Below, piece by piece: positions 1-6,140 of a stretch of DNA of 26,834 nt. Under the pieces are notes generated by a model that was not told the origin of the DNA, made no database searches, and saw nothing but the letters and a program-made list of their open reading frames with translations. How positions within the stretch are numbered: the first letter of the stretch is position 1; every line of letters begins with the position of its first letter. Location of the stretch: positions 1 to 26,834 of IMG/VR virus record IMGVR_UViG_3300011334_000264; one strand, written 5' to 3'. This stretch comes from a virus (taxonomy: Duplodnaviria > Caudoviricetes). Position numbers and translations under genes: made by a program.

Positions 1-1031
1 CATCTAAATATTCCAACAGGTTGATGGGTCATTTTACTTACAACGATTGCTACAGAATAATCTCTGCCAGTTCCCGTACCAACATCTACTCCGATGGCAT
101 ATGTATCGTGATGATTATAAGGTTGGATTGGATTCCATCTATCACCATCTACAGAAATCTCCTCGATATATTTGAGATCATCTTCTGTAAGATAAGCATC
201 ACCAGCTTGAGCATAGGCATCCTCTAAGCAAGCTGGATATTCCCTACGAAACTTATCTCCTCCAATCTTTTGGATCATTATCCTGCGCCAATGGATTTGC
301 TCTAGAGATATATTATATTCTTCTAATATTTCCTTTTCTTCTTCTGTAGGAATAAAATCTTCAGAGATTGGTATAGCATACTCTGAGTGTCCATACCAAG
401 GGAAGAAGATATAGTTATAGTTAGCCTCTCCTCTTTGTGCAGTTTCTATTTCAATGTGTAGAGGATCTCCCCAGTAGTTGGCTGTGGATTCTATAATCAT
501 CTGTCCACCATTGAGTGCTGCTACTGCTGTTGCTTTAAGTTCTTCAGCGTTCTCACTAAAAGCAAACTCAGAAAGAAGCAGATAAGAACAAGTGAAGGAA
601 CGAAGCCCGCCCTTTGATGAAGCAGATGCACACAGAATAGTAGCCCCATTATGAAAGACAATCTTTGATGCACTATCTTCTTTAAGAGGTTTGCGTAGGA
701 AGTTAGGAAGGTTATCATAGAAGGTTTTAAATATCCTAAGTATGTGTCGAACGGAATCTATCTTGTGGGATAGTAGTGCAACAGTGATTGGTTCATTACT
801 TGTATAAGCTTTCCAGAATAGATAAGCTGCTACAATAGTTGTTGATCCTATCTGTCTAGGCTTAGCTATGATAAGATCTTTACCCAGTTCAAGTGAAGAT
901 ATAGTCTGGGTCTGTTCATCATTGGGATGAAGATAAATAATCTTTCCTGTCTTATCCTTTATCTTTAGACGAGGGATAAACTTATGGGGATTATTTAATA
1001 TGGAGAGAACATCATGAGCAGAGTGAGCCAT
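1..1031 (-). CDS. terL: Terminase large subunit (3'-truncated at window edge; absent from supplied ORF track)
   Basis: Manual translation from ATG at 1031, which overlaps the upstream TAA: MAHSAHDVLSILNNPHKFIPRLKIKDKTGKII...LIIAKPRQIGSTT (Walker A)...GGLRSFTCSYLLLSEFAF (Walker B)...IIESTAN (motif III)...FFPW...KFRREYP...YAIGVDVGTGTGRDYS (nuclease). The frame stays open to the edge. Confidence 0.95.
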   Translation of the reverse strand, partial: MAHSAHDVLSILNNPHKFIPRLKIKDKTGKIIYLHPNDEQTQTISSLELGKDLIIAKPRQIGSTTIVAAYLFWKAYTSNEPITVALLSHKIDSVRHILRIFKTFYDNLPNFLRKPLKEDSASKIVFHNGATILCASASSKGGLRSFTCSYLLLSEFAFSENAEELKATAVAALNGGQMIIESTANYWGDPLHIEIETAQRGEANYNYIFFPWYGHSEYAIPISEDFIPTEEEKEILEEYNISLEQIHWRRIMIQKIGGDKFRREYPACLEDAYAQAGDAYLTEDDLKYIEEISVDGDRWNPIQPYNHHDTYAIGVDVGTGTGRDYSVAIVVSKMTHQPVGIFR

Positions 1032-1285
1032 TAGCTACTCTTCTTTTCTTTGTTTACCCATTCATCAAGTTCAATAAGATTAGGAGAGTCACTCTTTCTA
1101 CCTTCAACTTCCGATGCTTGTAACTCTTTGAGTGCACCAACTAATGATGTAAGAGCATTAGCTCCTAAACGGTTCTCAGTATTACCTAGTTTTGCCATGC
1201 GGTATTCCCACAGTAGCATCTCCCAGATGGTAGATTTATAATCCCTATTCTTTAGTGCTTCTATGACTTTGTTTGGACGGGCCAT
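1031..1285 (-). CDS. Small helical protein, possible terminase small subunit
   Basis: 84 aa, coupled to terL by a TAATG overlap. Assignment rests on position and size only. Confidence 0.5.
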   Translation of the reverse strand: MARPNKVIEALKNRDYKSTIWEMLLWEYRMAKLGNTENRLGANALTSLVGALKELQASEVEGRKSDSPNLIELDEWVNKEKKSS

Positions 1286-1593
1286 TGTATCTCTCCTTTT
1301 AGTTTAAGCAGGGCACCCTTGTATATCTGGTGAACTCTTTGCTTACTTAATCCCATAACTTTACCTGTTGCTTCAAAGGTAGCCCCATCATATAATATCT
1401 TCTCTACTATCTGAGCTTCCTTGCGTGGCAGAACTTTCAGTATCTCATATGCTGAGAAGGGTTGTTCTGCTTCTTCTTCCTCACCATCTAACCTTCTGAT
1501 GATATCATCTTCTGGTGATGATTGTACTAATGTATCCATCAAGTAATCAGGTAGGTATTGGTAGCGCCATTTGTCTTTCATTTTATTTCCCAT
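1261..1593 (-). CDS. Stand-alone sigma-70 region 4 type HTH protein
   Basis: LKVLPRKEAQIVEKILYDGATFEATGKVMGLSKQRVHQIYKGALLKLK matches the sigma region 4 pattern (LxxRE..G.T..E.G..MG.S..RV.QI...AL.KL). No region 2 is visible. Confidence 0.85.
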   Translation of the reverse strand: MGNKMKDKWRYQYLPDYLMDTLVQSSPEDDIIRRLDGEEEEAEQPFSAYEILKVLPRKEAQIVEKILYDGATFEATGKVMGLSKQRVHQIYKGALLKLKGEIQWPVQTKS

Positions 1594-1886
1594 TAGTGAG
1601 TTGAACCTATGTCTATATTATTAAAGACAACTTCAAAAGCTTGGAGCCTTATCTGAATATCTTCTATATTCTTATTTATAGTATATAGTTCTTTGTTCAG
1701 TTTATTCATCTCTCTAATAGATATTTTATTATTACCAGATTTGATTTCTTTAATCCTAGATTGTATGACGCTTGACTCTTTCTGTAGAATAACTTCTGTC
1801 ATATTTCCTACAGAGAAATATCTTGTGGCATCATCTATATCATAATCATCTGACGATCTCTTATCAAAGGCGGGATGAAGTTTCAT
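1593..1886 (-). CDS. Hypothetical coiled-coil protein
   Basis: 97 aa, GAGGTG RBS, helical heptad-like C-terminal half, TAATG overlap with the next gene. Confidence 0.7.
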   Translation of the reverse strand: MKLHPAFDKRSSDDYDIDDATRYFSVGNMTEVILQKESSVIQSRIKEIKSGNNKISIREMNKLNKELYTINKNIEDIQIRLQAFEVVFNNIDIGSTH

Positions 1887-1942
1887 TTAGCACCTCTATA
1901 AGTAAGAGTATTTGTTCAGCTTGTTGGAACCCTTACCTGTTA

Positions 1943-2041
1943 GTTTATCTTTGAGCTTCCAGCTCTCAACCCCACAAGTGTATAAAGCCGTTTTCCTAGC
2001 GATTGTTGCAACCACCTTTGAAAATAGTTTAAAATATTTTA
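1943..2041 (-). promoter_or_regulatory. Conserved phage promoter/leader module, copy 1 (drives the terminase unit)
   Basis: Minus strand: TAAAATATTTTAAAcTATTTTCA-N6-GTTGCAACA-N11-AACGGCTTTATA...GGGTTG..GAGCTGGAAGCTC...AGATAAAC. Matches 20875-20972 with identical spacing across the upstream blocks. Confidence 0.75.
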
Positions 2042-2050
2042 CATAAAGTA

Positions 2051-2082
2051 TTGTGCAATAGGGTGAAATCTGGTACTATAAT
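2051..2082 (+). promoter_or_regulatory. Sigma70-type promoter for the sigma-like gene
   Basis: TTGTGC (2051-2056)-N17-TACTAT with an extended TG, plus an overlapping TATAAT at 2077-2082, just upstream of the GGAGG RBS at 2096-2100. Confidence 0.55.
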
Positions 2083-2107
2083 CTATATAGGGTATGGAGG
2101 ATCGGAT

Positions 2108-2716
2108 ATGGAAACTTGGATTGCAAATAAGGAAACCCTATATACCCACATTCAGAAGAAAGTTTATAAGATGCACACTGGTAGGATGAATGCTCTACTA
2201 GAACATATGCGTAAAGATGATATGGTTAATGATATATGGATGGACGTTACAGGTAGTGACTATAAAGAATGCATTGAGTGTATGAGTCAGTACGATGGTA
2301 GATCTGTAACTGAGTGGGAAGTAGGAAGAGTGATTAGGAAGCGTGCATCAGTATGTGTAGAATACTGGGTACATAGAATGTATAAGAAACTTAAAACTAA
2401 ACTTAAGAAGGAGTCAATCGACATGAAGAAAAGATATCACCAAAGTATTGAGTGGGACAAACTTACGCGGAGATCATTCAAAGATGTTTTATCCAGTATC
2501 CCTATCGACAAGGAAGAGAACATCATTATGTTATGGAAGATGGATTTGATAGATGATAAGGATGCTATGTCTGGATTAGATTGTTCAGAGAGAACTCTAT
2601 ACAACAGATGGGATAAGTTAAAGGGCAAGTTTAGAGAAGCTATAGTTGCTGAGCCTCTGAAGTCATTGGATCTATTCAGCAGAATACATGGTGAGTGTAT
2701 GGTAGGTGCAGAATGA
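2108..2716 (+). CDS. Putative phage ECF-like RNA polymerase sigma factor / sigma-like regulator
   Basis: Start moved to ATG 2108 because of the GGAGG RBS. Region 2-like segment KDDMVNDIWMDV...VIRKRASVCVEYW and C-terminal region 4-like HTH DKDAMSGLDCSERTLYNRWDKLKGKFRE. 202 aa, which is typical ECF size. Confidence 0.6.
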   Translation: METWIANKETLYTHIQKKVYKMHTGRMNALLEHMRKDDMVNDIWMDVTGSDYKECIECMSQYDGRSVTEWEVGRVIRKRASVCVEYWVHRMYKKLKTKLKKESIDMKKRYHQSIEWDKLTRRSFKDVLSSIPIDKEENIIMLWKMDLIDDKDAMSGLDCSERTLYNRWDKLKGKFREAIVAEPLKSLDLFSRIHGECMVGAE

Positions 2717-3162
2717 TTTGGAAACCCATCAACAACTATAACTATTCCATCAACGAGATCGGAGAAGTTAGAAATAATAAAACAGGTCGCATACTAAGAG
2801 CTGCACCTGATGGTGATGGATACATGCGAGTAGCTCTATGTAAAGAGGGCAAGCAGAATACATTAAAGATCCATAGACTACTTGGTATCTACTTCTTAAA
2901 CTGTCCACCTGATAAACAGATAGACCATATAGATGGGAATAGAAAGAACAATGCACTATCTAATCTACGTGTAGTTACTATTCAGCAAAACCAATGGAAT
3001 AGAACTGGTGCCAAAGGTTATACATGGGACAAGAGAGTTGGTAAGTGGCAAGCAAGTATCTGTGCAAATAGAAAGAATAAAAACCTTGGACACTACAATA
3101 CAGAAGAAGAGGCTCGTGCTGCATATCTAAAAGAGAAAGCGATACTCCACATTATGCCTTAG
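2713..3162 (+). CDS. NUMOD4-HNH-AP2 homing endonuclease
   Basis: ATGA overlap with the upstream stop. WKPI...YSINEIGEVRN...DGDGYMRVAL (NUMOD4), IHRL...IDHIDGNRKNNALSNLR (HNH), KGYTWDKRVGKWQASI...LGHYNTEEEARAAY (AP2). Confidence 0.93.
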   Translation: MIWKPINNYNYSINEIGEVRNNKTGRILRAAPDGDGYMRVALCKEGKQNTLKIHRLLGIYFLNCPPDKQIDHIDGNRKNNALSNLRVVTIQQNQWNRTGAKGYTWDKRVGKWQASICANRKNKNLGHYNTEEEARAAYLKEKAILHIMP

Positions 3163-3177
3163 TAATGGAATGGCTTT

Positions 3178-3186
3178 TGGTATAAT
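3178..3186 (+). promoter_or_regulatory. Extended -10 promoter (TGGTATAAT) upstream of candidate sRNA
   Basis: Perfect TGn-TATAAT 16 nt after the HNH stop, with no downstream ORF before the terminator. Confidence 0.6.
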
Positions 3187-3192
3187 ATAAAT

Positions 3193-3322
3193 GTAGGGTG
3201 AGGCATGTTGCTTCAGCCCTTCTAGTAAAGACTTTTCACCTTTACTAAGCAATCTGTGGTGTTTGTCCGATATCTCCATCCTCGCACTAACCCTCTCAAT
3301 GTAAAAGTTGAGAGGGTTTTTT
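3193..3322 (+). ncRNA. Candidate ~130-nt small regulatory RNA
   Basis: Promoter, then hairpin 1 (AGGG-TGAGGCA/TGCTTCA-G-CCCT, 3195-3220), hairpin 2 (TAGTAAAG/CTTTACTA, 3223-3247), a single-stranded segment complementary to 2091-2108, and an intrinsic terminator. No meaningful ORF. Confidence 0.6.
3289..3322 (+). terminator. Rho-independent terminator
   Basis: AACCCTCTCAA-loop-TTGAGAGGGTT followed by a T-run. Confidence 0.9.
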
Positions 3323-3361
3323 ATTAGAGTGGGGCGTGGAATACTTTTTGCGTATGTAAGC

Positions 3362-3493
3362 GCAGGGGTTACGAGGATGCCGAAAGCCGGAATAGATTAC
3401 AGCGGGCATAAAAAAACCCACGATGTTTAGTCGTGGGCTGGACGTAGGCAAGAGGAAGCGGGCAAGATTTTATTCCGGCTTTGCTACCCCTGC
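3362..3493. repeat. GC-rich nested inverted-repeat element at the convergence of transcription
   Basis: GCAGGGGT (3362-3369)/ACCCCTGC (3486-3493) and AAAGCCGGAATA (3383-3394)/TATTCCGGCTTT (3471-3482) arms, with an internal AGCGGGCA direct repeat. Confidence 0.65.
3410..3437 (-). terminator. Rho-independent terminator of the long minus-strand unit
   Basis: CCCACGA/TCGTGGG stem (3417-3437) with an A7 run at 3410-3416, which is a U-tract on the minus strand, downstream of ORF 3503-3748. Confidence 0.85.
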
Positions 3494-3502
3494 CTATTAT
3501 AT

Positions 3503-3748
3503 CTACCAGTTAGGCTTCATTTTTAGGCCATTCTTGTCCATAGCCTCTACTATTTCTTTTAACTTCTTGATATCCTTCTTAATATCTTGCAGTTGCCATT
3601 GAACTTCTTCAATAGCTTTTGCATATGTATTCTCCAATGCTGCTGGTTCTGCCCCTACTGGTGTGAGGGAACCTTTTACTGAATGTTCTAATGTATATCC
3701 ATCAGTAACGGAACCATGAATCTTAGCTAAATCTTTAAAACGGGCCAT
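3503..3748 (-). CDS. Hypothetical protein with C-terminal coiled coil
   Basis: 81 aa, GGAG RBS, last gene before the terminator. Confidence 0.7.
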   Translation of the reverse strand: MARFKDLAKIHGSVTDGYTLEHSVKGSLTPVGAEPAALENTYAKAIEEVQWQLQDIKKDIKKLKEIVEAMDKNGLKMKPNW

Positions 3749-3757
3749 GTGAATCTC

Positions 3758-4231
3758 CTATAAATATATTGTTTTAATATAACCAATCATACTGCTCTTC
3801 TCTGATATAACAACACCCTTTGCTGTCTCTGTAGTGTTATATCTCTCTAGGTATTTAATACTTTCAACAAAAGCAGCAAACTTTTTCATATCATAAATCA
3901 AGGCTCTCTTACCTTGCTGGTCTACATATATCATCTCGTCAATCTTATCTGGATGGGAAAGATATTCTGGTGTAGATTTTATTTTGTACTTATCTGATAT
4001 CTGAACTGTCTCAGCAAAGATAGTTCCAAGTTCTGGGCTGCCATAGCTTTTAATCTCTATGTTTTTCTTATCACCCCAACAACCATCTGTAATCTGATAG
4101 TCATATGGTTCATCTGGATCTTTAGGTTTTGTTTTCCTACAACTCCAGCCATCTTTTATTAGATATTCTTCATACATTTTCTCTGCTGCTTTTCCCTCTT
4201 CATCCAACTCTTCGTATTCATCTTTTGTCAT
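3758..4231 (-). CDS. PD-(D/E)xK superfamily nuclease-like protein
   Basis: Start at ATG 4231 (GGAG RBS). Motifs GKAAEKMYEEYL, EPYDYQI and NIEIKS fit the E...PD...ExK restriction-endonuclease-like pattern. Confidence 0.65.
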   Translation of the reverse strand: MTKDEYEELDEEGKAAEKMYEEYLIKDGWSCRKTKPKDPDEPYDYQITDGCWGDKKNIEIKSYGSPELGTIFAETVQISDKYKIKSTPEYLSHPDKIDEMIYVDQQGKRALIYDMKKFAAFVESIKYLERYNTTETAKGVVISEKSSMIGYIKTIYL

Positions 4232-4272
4232 CGCATACTCCACTATAATAATATATAGTCATAGAAATATAT

Positions 4273-4629
4273 TTAAGCTATCCAATCAGGTTGACTTTCA
4301 TCACCCTCGCCAACATTTATATTATGAAAATAGTTATTCCAATCTTCTATATAAAACTTATCTACAACTCTAACGTGGCAATACAAATCATTATCCCATC
4401 GCATAGATAAACATATCTGTCCATCCCACATTTCTGTCAGCCCTTCTTTTGTTAGAACATTATCTCCAGCAGGAGAAAATACAAGAAGCGGAACGAACTC
4501 ATGTGTAGGATATTCAATATGATATTTTGTATATCTCTTTCCATCGTGGATATATTCTTCATCCATTCCAGAAATATTTCCAGTGATATAATATACTATA
4601 TCACCAAACTGTGGCGGGAACTTAAACAT
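4273..4629 (-). CDS. Hypothetical protein, possibly OB-fold/SSB-like
   Basis: 118 aa, GGAGG RBS. Beta-rich pattern (YITGNI, KRYTKYHIEY, VPLLVF) and an acidic C-tail ending DESQPDWIA. Function is speculative. Confidence 0.5.
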   Translation of the reverse strand: MFKFPPQFGDIVYYITGNISGMDEEYIHDGKRYTKYHIEYPTHEFVPLLVFSPAGDNVLTKEGLTEMWDGQICLSMRWDNDLYCHVRVVDKFYIEDWNNYFHNINVGEGDESQPDWIA

Positions 4630-4666
4630 TTAAACCTCCGGCCTTATGGTACGCGGCTGTTCAGAT

Positions 4667-5065
4667 CTATGGATACTTAGATTTAACCCAGCTATAAAGG
4701 TTTTTACCCGGACATAATGTTGGCGCAAGATCTCGATGAGTTACTACTAATGCATCGGGCCACTTTGTTTTCCATTCTCTTATGAGAAGTTCAAGAGAGA
4801 TCAGCTGCCATTGTGTAGGCTGATCGATCTCAAAGTTCCCACACAAACATACTGCCAATGAATATTTATTATGATCTTTTACTGATGCAGGAACTGTATT
4901 CTCAGGTCTGCCATTCACAATACTTCCATCATCATAGATCACTTTGTGATACCCGACTGTATTGAAGCCGCGAGCTTTATGCCAAGTAGTAATCTCTTCT
5001 ATTGTAGTAGATGGCTTGCTTGCGCTATGATGAATCACGATGGCATTTATTTTAGATTGTTTCAT
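4667..5065 (-). CDS. Endolysin, N-acetylmuramoyl-L-alanine amidase (Amidase_2, T7 lysozyme-like)
   Basis: AIVIHHSA, ITTWHKARGFNTVGYH, GRPE and HRDLAPTLCPG carry the Zn ligands H/H/C and the catalytic Tyr. Confidence 0.95.
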   Translation of the reverse strand: MKQSKINAIVIHHSASKPSTTIEEITTWHKARGFNTVGYHKVIYDDGSIVNGRPENTVPASVKDHNKYSLAVCLCGNFEIDQPTQWQLISLELLIREWKTKWPDALVVTHRDLAPTLCPGKNLYSWVKSKYP

Positions 5066-5253
5066 TGGTGAACAGCTTGGAAGATCTGACCAGCGATTGC
5101 TAGGACGGATAAGATTATTGCGGCTATCGAACGCACGTCCCGCTTTGCCTTTTTTGGTGCTATATCTACGGCTAACTCCGCAACTAACGGAGCTACCTTC
5201 TCAGCAGTATTTAATACAGTCTCTGCGGATATTTTATTTGATTTTATTGTCAT
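5062..5253 (-). CDS. Small membrane protein, holin-like
   Basis: True start ATG 5253 after GGGAGGA. 63 aa with a basic patch followed by a TM segment (SIAAIILSVLAIAGQIF). ATGA-coupled to the endolysin. Confidence 0.6.
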   Translation of the reverse strand: MTIKSNKISAETVLNTAEKVAPLVAELAVDIAPKKAKRDVRSIAAIILSVLAIAGQIFQAVHQ

Positions 5254-5254
5254 G

Positions 5255-5677
5255 TTATTCCTCCCATAAAAAGTGTACGTCATTCCAAGTTGCAGTGCCT
5301 GCATCAACATGAGCAAATACTGATATAGTTCCTTCTGGACAATCAGATGCAACAACTCTACCCAAATGTTCTATTGGCAATGTTACTGACCATTGTCCTC
5401 CAACAAATGGCCCATGTGTAACTGGTGCTGTTACTTCATCAAGCCATACTTTTGTTCCTGCTTGATCATATGTTACGATTATAGTCATATCTTTTGCGGC
5501 ACCAGTATGAGCTTTACCATATAAACGAATGCAGGAAATCCTTCCTGTTATACCATCCATACTTTGTGTAGTTGGAACAATAAGATCCTTCCTACCAGTT
5601 ACTGTATAAGCATTGGTAAGTGCTACTTCCGCAGGAGAGTCTACAAGTTTATGAACATATCTACCATTATGTCCCAC
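5255..5677 (-). CDS. Beta-sandwich virion protein, paralog of 8402-8827
   Basis: 140 aa. Shares ALT..DL..IS..D.(A/T)G...DAGTAT..D with the 141-aa ORF. Confidence 0.65.
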   Translation of the reverse strand: MGHNGRYVHKLVDSPAEVALTNAYTVTGRKDLIVPTTQSMDGITGRISCIRLYGKAHTGAAKDMTIIVTYDQAGTKVWLDEVTAPVTHGPFVGGQWSVTLPIEHLGRVVASDCPEGTISVFAHVDAGTATWNDVHFLWEE

Positions 5678-5964
5678 TATATTTTCTCCATTATCTTTTT
5701 CACATCTGTTTGGATTTCTTCTACTGTATTTTCTATTTTATCCTGACGCTTTGCAAGTATCTGGATAGATGATGAAAATACCTTACGGTCCTCACGATGC
5801 TCATTCAAGATTTCCTTCATATTGGATTGCTGATTGTCTATGTATTTCATAGCCATAGGAACGGCATGTGTAGACGTTAGCCTATAGATACCTATCAGGA
5901 TAAGGAGCAGTACACAGACTGCTCCCATAGGGCCAGTAGCCCCTACTAAAAGGGACTCTATCAT
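5677..5964 (-). CDS. Putative holin/antiholin (N-terminal TM plus coiled coil)
   Basis: GPMGAVCVLLLILIGIY TM followed by a charged coiled coil, close to the endolysin. Confidence 0.6.
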   Translation of the reverse strand: MIESLLVGATGPMGAVCVLLLILIGIYRLTSTHAVPMAMKYIDNQQSNMKEILNEHREDRKVFSSSIQILAKRQDKIENTVEEIQTDVKKIMEKI

Positions 5965-6140
5965 TCGGGGAACTCCTCTTCAACAACGTGAGGAAATGTC
6001 CAGTTCTCTTCTTCCGCAATAACCCTAACGTATGCTGGCACGGAAGTCCAATAAGCATTGGCTTTATGTTCGGCAACCCATTGGTCGATAACCTCTTGTG
6101 GTGTACCTTCTTCAAATACAATATAAGTTTGAGTTCTCAT
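5961..6140 (-). CDS. Small acidic protein (59 aa, absent from ORF track), possible fibre chaperone
   Basis: MRTQTYIVFEEGTPQEVIDQWVAEHKANAYWTSVPAYVRVIAEEENWTFPHVVEEEFPE*. ATGA overlaps at both ends fit it exactly between its neighbours. Confidence 0.8.
   Translation of the reverse strand: MRTQTYIVFEEGTPQEVIDQWVAEHKANAYWTSVPAYVRVIAEEENWTFPHVVEEEFPE

Noticed and set aside
1-1031. Apparent ORF-poor gap or recoded stop codons
   Set aside because: It is an uninterrupted terL frame missed only because its stop is outside the window. TAA, TAG and TGA all act as normal stops, so there is no evidence for an alternative code.
2713-3322. RNA-guided HNH system (HEARO/IscB-like)
   Set aside because: The protein is a standard NUMOD4-HNH-AP2 nuclease with its own DNA-binding domains and no RuvC/PLMP features. 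The RNA is short and better explained as antisense to 2091-2108.
5254-5355. N-terminal extension of ORF 5062-5355 (and likewise 2051-2107 and 2695-2712)
   Set aside because: Downstream ATGs have clear SD sequences or stop-start overlaps, and the extensions overlap other genes or promoters.
5882-6121. 79-aa minus-strand ORF from the track
   Set aside because: Wrong frame. The 59-aa ORF 5961-6140 fits with ATGA overlaps at both ends.
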